DNA from: Candidatus Taylorbacteria bacterium RIFCSPHIGHO2_12_FULL_45_16 | Lineage (GTDB): Bacteria > Patescibacteriota > Minisyncoccia > Phycocordibacterales > PALSA-1337 | Length of the DNA: 64,000 nucleotides | Direction of reading: 5' to 3' | Assembly (NCBI GenBank): GCA_001821055.1 | Contig: MHRT01000001.1 | Location: 27,868 to 91,867, forward strand | Shown here: positions 1 through 9,103 of the stretch, piece after piece | How the letters are laid out: each line of letters starts with the position of its first letter | How positions within the stretch are numbered: position 1 is the first letter of the stretch | Notes under the pieces: model-generated | The model's database searches: none | Seen by the model: the letters and a program-made list of their open reading frames with translations, nothing else | What the model was told of the DNA's origin: nothing | Translations under genes and position numbers: made by a program

Positions 1-372
1 TTTGATGATTATCAAAAAACCCATCCCAATTTTAAAGAAGTTTCCGTGCCGGTCGTTCCAAATCAACTTGACGATGTGCATACGCCAGATAAAGCGCCAA
101 GAATATCATTCATCTCTCCGTTGGCCGGCTCAACAATCAAGTCTCACGATATGCTATTGATCAGACTCCAAGCGACAACTTCATACCCACCGCAAAAAAC
201 TGAAGTCTATCTCAATGGAAAATATGTCTTGACTTCGGAAAAAAATCCTTTGAATATATCTTTCTTTCCTGCCGATGTCGGCGGTCTCATTGAAAACAAT
301 ACAATTTCAGTTACCTTATATGACAGTGTATTCAACAAAACAACCGCCTCGACGACTTTTTCGGTACTATAA
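1..372 (+). CDS. Hypothetical protein, probable C-terminal part of a gene starting upstream of the window
   Basis: The reading frame is open from base 1 to the stop at 372, and the track ORF at 46-372 begins at an internal GTG. I recognise no family motif. Confidence 0.35.
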   Translation, partial: FDDYQKTHPNFKEVSVPVVPNQLDDVHTPDKAPRISFISPLAGSTIKSHDMLLIRLQATTSYPPQKTEVYLNGKYVLTSEKNPLNISFFPADVGGLIENNTISVTLYDSVFNKTTASTTFSVL

Positions 373-436
373 CGTCTGGTTTTGTTAAAAACCCTTTTTA
401 TGTTTCCTGTGGAAAATGTGTTTGCGTGCCCTAAGG

Positions 437-697
437 TTACCTTATATCAGAAATGATCTCGTTGTTTTGTTTCAAATTTATCTCTTGAAGTATTGTTTGT
501 TTTTTTATGAAAATCTGCGATCTCGCCGTCTGTGAAATACCGTTAATAACAACATTTCTACCGGAAAAAGAGATCGTGTCCACAGGGATGACTATTCCGA
601 TATGTTTTTGTATGGTTTCGGACACAATCGACCGAATAAATATTTGTTTGGAATATTTACCTTTTATTTTTTTGAAAAATTGGCTTATGTTCAACAT
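437..697 (-). CDS. Small hypothetical protein downstream of dnaN, possibly DUF721/DciA-like
   Basis: This 86-aa ORF lies immediately 3' of dnaN on the same strand, a position often held by small DUF721 proteins. The assignment rests on context only. Confidence 0.25.
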   Translation of the reverse strand: MLNISQFFKKIKGKYSKQIFIRSIVSETIQKHIGIVIPVDTISFSGRNVVINGISQTARSQIFIKKQTILQEINLKQNNEIISDIR

Positions 698-707
698 GAA
701 TAAAAGA

Positions 708-1814
708 TTACCGGTTCATTGGCATCACCAAATACAAGAAGTTTTGCTCGCCTGATACTGGTTTTATGACAACCGGCTTGTTGAGTCCGTTAAATTGAAG
801 TGTAACACTGTCTGTGTTTATAGATTGAAATCCATCAATGAGGTATTTGTAGTTGAAATTGATTTCCATAGCCTCACCTGTTAGGGCAGCATCAATATGT
901 GTTTGGTTTTCGCCAATATCGCTGTTTTTGGTTTGTATTTCTAGTAGTTTGGTCCGTGGCTCAATCTTCATGTGAACCTGATTAAATTTGTCGGAAAAAA
1001 TATTTGATATTTTGAGGGCGTTTAGAATATCTTGTTTAAGAGCAACAACTTCTGTAGTGAATGATTTTGGGATAATTTGTCTGTAATCTGGAAAAACCCC
1101 GTCGATTATCCTCGAAACAATGTATATGCCATTGTTTTCAAATGAGATGAGATTTTTGTTGGCGCAAACTTTCATCGAAGAGGTGAGGTACCCAAGGACT
1201 CTTATAATATCAGGTATGTTTTTGAATGGGATAAGAATATCATTTAATTTGTTGGTTGTTGGGGTTTTTATCTTCTTTTCAGATAATCTAAATGAGTCTG
1301 TGGCAACAAATGTTAGGTTTTCATTGTCTTTATATATATACACACTAGAAAGTTCGGGTTTTACATTGGATATTGAAGCACTATAAAAAACAGCAGTGAG
1401 ACCTTGGGTAAAATCTTCAGGGGAAATTTGATATTCTTGGCAGTCTTTAAGTTTTGGAATACTAGGAAAATCTTCTACTGGAACAGTCTTAATAACACCT
1501 TTTGATTTGTTTGTTTTTATATGTAGATTTCCAGAAATAAATTCTATAACCACTGATTGGTTTTGATCTTGTGTTTGGGATATAAATAAGGAAAGTGTTT
1601 TAGCTGGAACAGCAAACGTCCCAATTACATCAGATTTTGCTGGAACAAAAATTTCCACCCCAATATCCAAATTTGTTGCTCTAAGGATAACCCCATTTTT
1701 AACCACATCAAATAATATACAAGATAATACTGGAAGTGTTTGGTGTTTATTTGCTACCTTTTCAAGTAAAACAATTACTTCTTTTATTTTTTTAAACCCC
1801 AATTCTATTTTCAT
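708..1814 (-). CDS. dnaN: DNA polymerase III beta subunit (sliding clamp)
   Basis: The 368-aa product has a three-domain clamp-like length and composition. It sits directly downstream of dnaA on the same strand, the canonical dnaA-dnaN arrangement. Confidence 0.85.
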   Translation of the reverse strand: MKIELGFKKIKEVIVLLEKVANKHQTLPVLSCILFDVVKNGVILRATNLDIGVEIFVPAKSDVIGTFAVPAKTLSLFISQTQDQNQSVVIEFISGNLHIKTNKSKGVIKTVPVEDFPSIPKLKDCQEYQISPEDFTQGLTAVFYSASISNVKPELSSVYIYKDNENLTFVATDSFRLSEKKIKTPTTNKLNDILIPFKNIPDIIRVLGYLTSSMKVCANKNLISFENNGIYIVSRIIDGVFPDYRQIIPKSFTTEVVALKQDILNALKISNIFSDKFNQVHMKIEPRTKLLEIQTKNSDIGENQTHIDAALTGEAMEINFNYKYLIDGFQSINTDSVTLQFNGLNKPVVIKPVSGEQNFLYLVMPMNR

Positions 1815-2013
1815 AATGAATAATTTTATTTTTTAAACCCAAACAAATTTATTATTAAACCTGTTGATATGTTGAAATCTGTCTTTAAACCACACCCACA
1901 ACTGTTTTTTACTGGTTTTGTTTTCTAATAAGTTTGTGATTGTATTTTACTAACAAACTTACCAACAAATAAACCAATAGTTGTATACAAATTATTCACA
2001 TAGTTATCCACGC

Positions 2014-3360
2014 CTATAACATAGTTCTTACTTGGGTTATCTCTTGCGACAGTAATTGGTTAGTTTTTATTTCTTCACGCATTTTTTCGTATGAGTGAAT
2101 AACTGTCGTGTGGTCTCTTCCACCCAACTTTTCCCCAATTGACGGAAAAGAAATACCAAAATCTTCCCTTAATATATACATAACTACTTGACGAGGTCTC
2201 ACTACCTCCTTGCGTCTAGTTTTGTTGTATATACTTTCTTCGTCTATATTATAAAACTCAGAAACTATTTTCACCACATCCTTAACCGACACCATCTTTT
2301 TTGGTTTTAAGTTGTTTTTGAGAATATTGCGAATCTCGTTGAGGTTCAACTCTTTGTTTTTTAGTTGTATTTGGCAGGCAATAATATTGATTATACCCTC
2401 AATTTCACGGATATTGTCGTTGATTGATGTCGCGATACACTCAACCACCTCATCAGAAAGAGTTATTTTGTGTGGCCGGCACTTACTACGCACAATCATC
2501 ACTCGAGATTCTTGGTCGGGTTCCGGAATATCAACAATCATTCCCATGGAGAATCGGCCACGCAGGCGGTCTTCAAGGCCGGGGATGGTGTTGGGATGTT
2601 TATCTCCAGAAAAGACCAATTGGCGAGCAGTGTCATAGAATGTATTGAAGAAATGGAAAAGTTCCTCTTGAAACTTTTCTTTGTTCGCGAAAAATTGGAT
2701 ATCATCCATGATAATGACGTCATATTTACGGTATTTGTCTTTAAAAGCTTGAACCTTTCCCTCTTGAATAGCGGAAAACAATTCTGAACCAAAACGCTCA
2801 GATGTTAAATAAAATATTTTTTTATCGGGATGAAGCTTTTTTATCTCATTTCCCACAGCTTGAATTATGTGTGTTTTGCCACGACCAGTTTGTCCATAAA
2901 TGAAGAGAGGGTTGTATACTTGGCCCGGACTCTTTACAACCATTTGTGAAGCGGCGTGAGCCAACTCATTAAAAGGTCCCACCACAAGGCTCTCAAAAGT
3001 GTATCTAGGATTTAAGTTGTCTTCCTTGTTGATGTAGAAATCCTGTAACGGCATGGCGATAGTCGGAGCCTGAGACTGTTCTTTTCGTGTATTTTGGCCA
3101 CTTTTACCATCTTCTCGCACAATGACATATTCAAGCGCTCGTACATGCTCATTCATCTGCCTTAAAATGCGTAAAATTGAACTGTGGAACTTTTTTTGGA
3201 GCCATTCGTGGGTAAATGAGTTGGGAACACCGAGGTATATGGTACCTTCATCTTCACGCAGAATGCGGATATCTTTGAACCAGGTAGAAAAATTTGCTTG
3301 GGATACCGCACTTTCAATTTCTATTAGGGCAGTTTGCCACATTTTGCTGTGATCGTTCAT
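2014..3360 (-). CDS. dnaA: Chromosomal replication initiator DnaA
   Basis: The product carries a Walker A GQTGRGKTHI and the VDDIQF box. Its C-terminal DNA-binding domain (EKLGGRDHTTVIHSYEKM) matches the DnaA signature, and the length is 448 aa. Confidence 0.95.
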   Translation of the reverse strand: MNDHSKMWQTALIEIESAVSQANFSTWFKDIRILREDEGTIYLGVPNSFTHEWLQKKFHSSILRILRQMNEHVRALEYVIVREDGKSGQNTRKEQSQAPTIAMPLQDFYINKEDNLNPRYTFESLVVGPFNELAHAASQMVVKSPGQVYNPLFIYGQTGRGKTHIIQAVGNEIKKLHPDKKIFYLTSERFGSELFSAIQEGKVQAFKDKYRKYDVIIMDDIQFFANKEKFQEELFHFFNTFYDTARQLVFSGDKHPNTIPGLEDRLRGRFSMGMIVDIPEPDQESRVMIVRSKCRPHKITLSDEVVECIATSINDNIREIEGIINIIACQIQLKNKELNLNEIRNILKNNLKPKKMVSVKDVVKIVSEFYNIDEESIYNKTRRKEVVRPRQVVMYILREDFGISFPSIGEKLGGRDHTTVIHSYEKMREEIKTNQLLSQEITQVRTML

Positions 3361-3524
3361 TGATAGTAATTAGGTACCAGTAAGTATATACCTGTTTATA
3401 ATTTTGCAAACTTGTGGAGAGTAAAAAAATATGGTGATAAGGTGTGGATAAAGTATAAATACAAAAAACACACAACACCTCCTGACTTGATAGCAGAACT
3501 AGAATATGTAATAGTATATTAATC
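3361..3524. promoter_or_regulatory. oriC-like AT-rich region with DnaA boxes between dnaA and rpmH
   Basis: A perfect DnaA box TGTGGATAA lies at 3443-3451, with near-boxes at CTTGTGGAGAG and GGTGATAAG. The leader is AT-rich and sits between the divergent dnaA and rpmH genes. A further TTATCCAC lies at 2004-2011 in the dnaA-dnaN spacer. Confidence 0.6.
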
Positions 3525-3659
3525 ATGTCATTCACATACAAACCAAATAAACGCAAGCGCGCCAAGTCGCACGGATTTCGTGTTCGAATGAAAACAACCG
3601 CTGGACGAAAAACACTTGCGCGCCGTCGCTCAAAAGGCCGCAAGCGTGTTGCTGTCTAA
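3525..3659 (+). CDS. rpmH: 50S ribosomal protein L34
   Basis: The translation [44 protein letters not shown] (44 aa) is a classic L34. It is missing from the ORF track because it is shorter than 60 aa. Confidence 0.95.
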   Translation: MSFTYKPNKRKRAKSHGFRVRMKTTAGRKTLARRRSKGRKRVAV

Positions 3660-3672
3660 TTATAATTTCAAT

Positions 3673-4008
3673 ATGCTCTCTCGCTCCCGAAGACTTTCCA
3701 CGGAACAACTAGACTCTGTCATGAAAAAAGGAAAAATATCCCACTCTTCCCTTTTTTTGATGAGGGTATTTAGCGGACAGACAGATACACGGATAGCGGC
3801 CATTGCCCCAAAGAAGACAATCAAAATGTCTACAACTCGCAACGCCGTTCGTCGAAAAGTTTATAACGCAACCAAAACACTTATAAGAGAAATAATTCCC
3901 GGTACACACATCGCACTGTTCGCCAAACAGGCGACGACAAACGCAAAACTGGTCGATATAGAAAACAACATTAAAACTCTCTTTGTGAAAGCTGGGCTTT
4001 TAGGGTAA
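3673..4008 (+). CDS. rnpA: Ribonuclease P protein component
   Basis: This small basic protein follows rpmH, the canonical rpmH-rnpA-yidC order. I placed the start at the first ATG after the rpmH stop, because the track start at 3616 overlaps rpmH. Confidence 0.85.
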   Translation: MLSRSRRLSTEQLDSVMKKGKISHSSLFLMRVFSGQTDTRIAAIAPKKTIKMSTTRNAVRRKVYNATKTLIREIIPGTHIALFAKQATTNAKLVDIENNIKTLFVKAGLLG

Positions 4009-4060
4009 TATTGTCTCTATATTCTTACTCGCCGAGGGTTTTTAATTTACGATTGAACTC

Positions 4061-4825
4061 ATGTATCACACATTCATATTTTTGCCTCTATATAACGGTC
4101 TTGTTGGAATAATGGACATATTTCCATGGACAGATGTTGGTGTTGCGGTCATTATTTTCACAATTATCGTAAAATTGATTCTATTTCCTCTTTCGAAATC
4201 TTCAATTCTGACACAGGTCAGAATGAAAGAAATTGAGCCCGAGGCCAACAAAATAAAGACAGAATACGCCAATGATCGTCAGACTCAAACACTCAAGATT
4301 ATGGCCCTTTACAAAGCCAAAGGCGTCAAGCCATTTTCCGGTATTTTACTGCTTATTATTCAACTCCCCATACTTCTAGCTCTCATTTCAGTGTTTTATA
4401 AAGTTATTCCTTCTATAAATCCAGATTTTTTATACAACTTTATTTCAATGCCCGACATAACAAACAAAATACAGTTTCTTGGTCTCATTGATTTGACCGA
4501 AAAAAGCCTGATTTTGGCTCTTATCACTGGTGTAGCGCAGTTTTTTCAACTTCACTACTCTCTTGCCTCTCAAAAACCAGCAATCATTGCCGGCACCTCA
4601 AACACGAAAGGACTTATGAATCCCGACATGATGGCTTCAATGACCAAACAAATGAAGTTTTTCTTGCCAATACTCGCTTTTGCTTCGGTTTATTGGATCA
4701 TTCCAGCACAGTTTCCTCAAGCGGCTTCAATCATTGCTATTTACTGGACAGTTAGCACTCTTTTTACTCTAGGTCAGGAGTTGTATATTAGAAAGAGGTT
4801 TGTCGCGCGTTTAATTGTTAATTGA
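4061..4825 (+). CDS. yidC: Membrane protein insertase YidC/Oxa1 (short form)
   Basis: The 254-aa multi-TM protein carries the conserved Oxa1 core (KLILFPLS...QVRMKEIEPE...ALYKAKGVKPFSG). It sits downstream of rnpA. Confidence 0.85.
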   Translation: MYHTFIFLPLYNGLVGIMDIFPWTDVGVAVIIFTIIVKLILFPLSKSSILTQVRMKEIEPEANKIKTEYANDRQTQTLKIMALYKAKGVKPFSGILLLIIQLPILLALISVFYKVIPSINPDFLYNFISMPDITNKIQFLGLIDLTEKSLILALITGVAQFFQLHYSLASQKPAIIAGTSNTKGLMNPDMMASMTKQMKFFLPILAFASVYWIIPAQFPQAASIIAIYWTVSTLFTLGQELYIRKRFVARLIVN

Positions 4826-6151
4826 AACCAGATCCAGCGACCATAAAGACAGGTCGTTTTTGTTCATAAAGATAAGAAAACTATCTTTTTCGTCCAAACC
4901 GAGATTGAAAGCGTCAATCACACGGTCTGAGGTATCCACAATTGAAGAGACAAGATCAATTTCTCCGGTAATGGCGTTTATTCCCCAAATTTTGTCAACA
5001 AATGAAACTCTGCCAACGTACCAATCGTCCGGGTATGTGCCAGCAATGGGTTGTGAGGGTGCGGCGCAATAGACCATTTCTTTGTAGAAGTTGCCCCAGA
5101 CGCATTTGTCAGCCAAGGTGCGGACGATGGCATCAATCCCCTTCCCTTCGGAAATATTGAAAATACTGGAAATAATATTATTGGCATTGCCGGCCATTGA
5201 TAAAAATACACGCTTGGCGTCGGTGCTTACTTTTGTGCTTAATCCCGGTAGGGGACCAAGTATTTTTTTCCAAATGCCAGTTTTTGGGTCAATAAAATAT
5301 AGAAAACCACTCGAATCGGCGGCGCCTTTTGTAGTAATGGCAATCACATTTTCTGACGGCCACTCAACATTAACTTGGGTTATGGGCGTGGAAAATATTT
5401 TGACCACACTGGACCCGTCAAATTTGGCTGTATAGCCCGAGCCAGCACCGTTTTCGTTTATAAGAAAGAATATACGATCTCTCTTTGGTGAACTTGCGTA
5501 AGCGATAATATTTTCCGGTAAACTCTTGCCTTTTAGTTCGTATGGTGTGAGAGTGGCACCAGTTGTTTGGGAGACCGGTGATGTAGTGCTCGTGGCAATT
5601 TTTGGCACGATTCGGGCCTTTAGCTCAGCGTACACACCACCCGAGGTTCCACCTCGGTCAAAACCATCACCATCATCAAGTCCGAAGGCGATAAATCCAG
5701 TCAGATTCTTGTTCCAGGAGCTTTCGTACAATTTCGGCACGACCGTGTTTGATAACGTTACTATATCCAAGGTATTTCCACGCGCTTCATACACATTTCC
5801 TCTACCTCTATCAACCCAGCGGATAGCCGTTGTCGTGCTGGCTGGCTTGGCATTTACCGCCCCGGTAGTACTGGCGCCATATCCACCCGCCGGAGTATTG
5901 CTCAAAAGTCGTAGGGTAGGAATTTTGAGCTGTGTGCCAGGAGTTGCCGAGGTGGAACCTCGGTTATCACCCGGGACAGTTCCCTCTGTCCCCGTCACAA
6001 GACCTCCCCCAGGCCTATTGATTGGAACGAAGCCAGATTGAGGTGTCTCTGGTTCAAGTACAACATCAGTTCCTACACGCATGAAAAAATACCAGTAAGC
6101 CACGCCGGCTATAATGAGGAGGATGAAGAGTGTGAGGAGGAGTTTTTTCAT
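4811..6151 (-). CDS. Secreted or membrane-anchored hypothetical protein, first gene of the envelope cluster
   Basis: The product has an N-terminal TM/signal (MKKLLLTLFILLIIAGVAYWYF) and is Gly/Thr-rich. It contains two copies of the 17-nt palindrome, encoding NRGSTSA and DRGGTSG. Confidence 0.6.
   Translation of the reverse strand: MKKLLLTLFILLIIAGVAYWYFFMRVGTDVVLEPETPQSGFVPINRPGGGLVTGTEGTVPGDNRGSTSATPGTQLKIPTLRLLSNTPAGGYGASTTGAVNAKPASTTTAIRWVDRGRGNVYEARGNTLDIVTLSNTVVPKLYESSWNKNLTGFIAFGLDDGDGFDRGGTSGGVYAELKARIVPKIATSTTSPVSQTTGATLTPYELKGKSLPENIIAYASSPKRDRIFFLINENGAGSGYTAKFDGSSVVKIFSTPITQVNVEWPSENVIAITTKGAADSSGFLYFIDPKTGIWKKILGPLPGLSTKVSTDAKRVFLSMAGNANNIISSIFNISEGKGIDAIVRTLADKCVWGNFYKEMVYCAAPSQPIAGTYPDDWYVGRVSFVDKIWGINAITGEIDLVSSIVDTSDRVIDAFNLGLDEKDSFLIFMNKNDLSLWSLDLVSINN
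5641..5657. repeat. 17-nt palindromic repeat CCGAGGTTCCACCTCGG, copy 1
   Basis: Exact palindrome (7-bp stem, 3-nt centre), located inside the 4811..6151 CDS. Confidence 0.9.
5947..5963. repeat. 17-nt palindromic repeat CCGAGGTGGAACCTCGG, copy 2
   Basis: Exact copy in the opposite orientation to copy 1, in the same CDS about 290 nt away. Confidence 0.9.
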
Positions 6152-7446
6152 TTGTTATTTTCCCGGACTGAAAACTTTGCATTTATTAAATCTCGACTAT
6201 TTTTTAGTCTTTTTTGCAGATCTTTTTGTAACTCTGGGTCTTTGACATTACCCATCATTTGTTCTGCTGTACCAATATATTTGGCGAGCCTTGATTCAAG
6301 CTCTTTTTTTTCAAAAACCTCGCCGCTTCCCAAGAATACTGCGCTACTACCCACATAGGCAGTATTTTTTGAAAAAAGTCCAAATGTTGTATTTCCGACA
6401 ATTGTATCACTTCTATTTAGCTCAAGAACAGATTCGTAATAATTTGCCTGATCATTAATACCACCGTGATTATAAATTTCTTCCAATTGGTTTATTTTTG
6501 TTAGTTGACTATTTCCATCATCTCTTATTTTGTTTATTACTTCTTTTTGTTTATCAAACACCATATTTATTCCGGATAGATTTTTTGTAGTATCGTTATT
6601 TTCGAGATCAATAAAAGTTTGTTTTGATTGGGCCGCCAGAGACAATTTTGTTGCATTAACTACCAAGTTAGCTTTTTCCTTTGCAATTTCATAATCTTTA
6701 TTTTTTATTTCTGCAACTAATTCGTCAAATTCAGGGTCACCAATCTTATAATTATGTAATTGGGCCAGTAATGCATCTTGTTGTTTTTTTAAATCAGAGA
6801 CAATGGCCTGAGTTTGTTTTTGTTTTTCTGCTATACCTTGAATTTTAACCTGGTATTTTTCTAACTCAGCTGTAAGCTCATTAAAGAAACTACCAATATC
6901 TCCACTCTTACACCCAGGATCACCGATCGATATATCTGGATTATCTGCACATTGTATGATTATCGGCTCAACCAGATTTGTAGGTATAGCCACCAACCTC
7001 GGATCAATAGTCTTCAAAATTAGATATGAACACAAGACTAGTAACAAGCCGGAAATGGCATTTTGTAATTTTTTCAACCCGTCTTTTTTTCCAAGGAATG
7101 AATCAGAACTCATGTACTCAAATCCTCCCCAAACGATCATGAAGACCGCGGCCACGGCGGCCAAGGCAATCAATAAGTTGAACATATACTGGACATATCC
7201 TTGGAAATCAATTTCTCTGATTTGTGATTCAGAGCAAGTAACCGCGGGGATTTTGTTACCGTTTCCGTCTACGGTTTCTGGACTTTCTATACATGGCAAG
7301 GCTTCAAGAAGGGTGTATTTGTCAGGTGTTTGTGCTTGTGCCAGTGAGACATTTATCAAAAGAAATGACATGAATAGTGCGCACACGATAAAGACAAATA
7401 ACCCCCCTATTTTTTTTGTATGTGATGTAGAATTCATAAATAACAT
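6148..7446 (-). CDS. TrbC/VirB2-like pilin-domain protein with a C-terminal coiled-coil extension
   Basis: A signal peptide is followed by a Cys pair and then two hydrophobic helices (FNLLIALAAVAAVFMIVWGGF and ISGLLLVLCSYLIL), which is the conjugative-pilin topology. The C-terminal half is a long coiled coil. Confidence 0.45.
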   Translation of the reverse strand: MLFMNSTSHTKKIGGLFVFIVCALFMSFLLINVSLAQAQTPDKYTLLEALPCIESPETVDGNGNKIPAVTCSESQIREIDFQGYVQYMFNLLIALAAVAAVFMIVWGGFEYMSSDSFLGKKDGLKKLQNAISGLLLVLCSYLILKTIDPRLVAIPTNLVEPIIIQCADNPDISIGDPGCKSGDIGSFFNELTAELEKYQVKIQGIAEKQKQTQAIVSDLKKQQDALLAQLHNYKIGDPEFDELVAEIKNKDYEIAKEKANLVVNATKLSLAAQSKQTFIDLENNDTTKNLSGINMVFDKQKEVINKIRDDGNSQLTKINQLEEIYNHGGINDQANYYESVLELNRSDTIVGNTTFGLFSKNTAYVGSSAVFLGSGEVFEKKELESRLAKYIGTAEQMMGNVKDPELQKDLQKRLKNSRDLINAKFSVRENNK

Positions 7447-7452
7447 AAAAAA

Positions 7453-8544
7453 TTAGAACGTTGCAGTTTCATCTATTGAAGCTGTCTTGTTGGAAAATAT
7501 CGCAGAAAAACCAGCCGTTGAACCCTGGAGTATTTTATCAGTATTTTTGATGTTCAGCTGTATATTGGAGGATCCAGACGAACCTTCTGGCGCGCGCAAG
7601 ATGACTGATCTGTTTGATGATAATTCTGCCCGACTAAGATTGTTGATTGCCCATGCCCACGACAAATCATTATTACCAAGCGAATTGCCCACCCCACTGA
7701 AACCAAAAGGTACGGCCAACACGGTAACTTCTTTTTGTGTACCTATTCGGATTGATCCTTGTAGTGCGATATTAAACAACTTCCCGTACAACGGATCATC
7801 CACGTAAAAAGTTATGTATGGATTGCCGACGCTGACTTCGGAATACACTTGGGCGCTGGAACTATCATCGCGTGGCCAGATGGTCACGCTGATATCATAA
7901 GGCCGAGGCACAATGTCTCCTACTAGAGTGATGGATTGTTTGCCGTATCCACTCTGATTTTCTACGACACGGCTATTCTTTTTCCATTCATAAATAAGAG
8001 TTTTGGGGTCATATTCTACGCCAGAGACATTGGCTAGATGAGGAATGGCGATGATTTTGATCGAATTTTGATATACCGGGGCTACTTTACCTTTGAAAAA
8101 AGGCGGGACGTATCCATCGGTTTCCAATATAAGATCAATAGATCCGGAACCAAGTACCAGAGAGGACCCTACCATTCTGCCCTCCGGAGTGGTCGCCACG
8201 ACTTCCAAGGTTATTTTTTTGCCTATGGCAGGCGCGGTTATTTCAATAGTCGTGGCACCCACGGCATTTTGGGTGACTTTTCCGTTGACTGTCCAAGATA
8301 TTTTGGCGCTATTGATGTCAATGCTATAACTGCGGGCGGTAACTGTAATTTTCTGATTTGGGACTGGATTGTTGGTTGAGGCGGAGAGCTCCAGACCACT
8401 ACTGGATATGGGTATTTGGGCGAAGGCTGTTAGAGTAAACCCTCCTCCGCCAAGGCTACGGAGGGCAAGGAGACAAAAAGCAAAGATAAACAAAAAGCAA
8501 AGAAGATTAGAAAGTCTAAAAATCATAAAGAAACGAGATTTCAT
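7453..8544 (-). CDS. Secreted hypothetical protein (beta-rich)
   Basis: The product has a signal peptide and a Thr/Ser/Val-rich composition. It lies in the envelope cluster. Confidence 0.55.
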   Translation of the reverse strand: MKSRFFMIFRLSNLLCFLFIFAFCLLALRSLGGGGFTLTAFAQIPISSSGLELSASTNNPVPNQKITVTARSYSIDINSAKISWTVNGKVTQNAVGATTIEITAPAIGKKITLEVVATTPEGRMVGSSLVLGSGSIDLILETDGYVPPFFKGKVAPVYQNSIKIIAIPHLANVSGVEYDPKTLIYEWKKNSRVVENQSGYGKQSITLVGDIVPRPYDISVTIWPRDDSSSAQVYSEVSVGNPYITFYVDDPLYGKLFNIALQGSIRIGTQKEVTVLAVPFGFSGVGNSLGNNDLSWAWAINNLSRAELSSNRSVILRAPEGSSGSSNIQLNIKNTDKILQGSTAGFSAIFSNKTASIDETATF

Positions 8545-8608
8545 TAACTTTATTTTACCATGATAAAATTCTCGCGTCTCTTGGCTGATTCGGGGATAAA
8601 GAAATAGA

Positions 8609-9085
8609 TTAACGTGTCAAACCGCCACTTGACGCGCGTATACCGTCCTTGTTTATCCTAGAATTACCTATTTGTGTCTGAGATGAAGTTGATTGGCGTA
8701 TGCCATCTCTGTAAAGTGGTTGTCGAATTGTGTTACCCAACATCATTTCTCGTTCTTGTCTTGCTTGTTCGGCGGCCTCTTCTTTCTTTACATCACTATG
8801 AATATACCAGACATCAACAACCCAAAAAGGTGCTATTCCGCCGGTGATCGCATCGCCAAGAGCCAGTCCAAGCAGTGAAGCAATCCTTTTTGGTTTTGTA
8901 ATAATTGGAATCTTAAACAAAGAAAAAAGCCCGATCAAGGCAGGTCCGGTAACAACTTCCATGGCCTCACTTATAGCAATACCTATTCCAGTTAAATCAA
9001 TGAGAATTTGCACAATGTCAACTATTATTGCAAATCCATACAAAACAACCCAACGCATACTACTCTTTTTTTTAGTCTGCTCCAT
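8609..9085 (-). CDS. Small membrane protein
   Basis: The product has two to three hydrophobic helices. It lies in the envelope cluster. Confidence 0.5.
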   Translation of the reverse strand: MEQTKKKSSMRWVVLYGFAIIVDIVQILIDLTGIGIAISEAMEVVTGPALIGLFSLFKIPIITKPKRIASLLGLALGDAITGGIAPFWVVDVWYIHSDVKKEEAAEQARQEREMMLGNTIRQPLYRDGIRQSTSSQTQIGNSRINKDGIRASSGGLTR

Positions 9086-9103
9086 GGATATATTATAACT
9101 AAA

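Noticed and set aside
5526-6041. 171-aa plus-strand ORF (Pro/Ser-rich) overlapping the 4811..6151 minus-strand gene
   Set aside because: It is a shadow ORF inside a well-supported signal-peptide gene. Its low-complexity translation is driven by the Gly/Thr-rich codons on the other strand.
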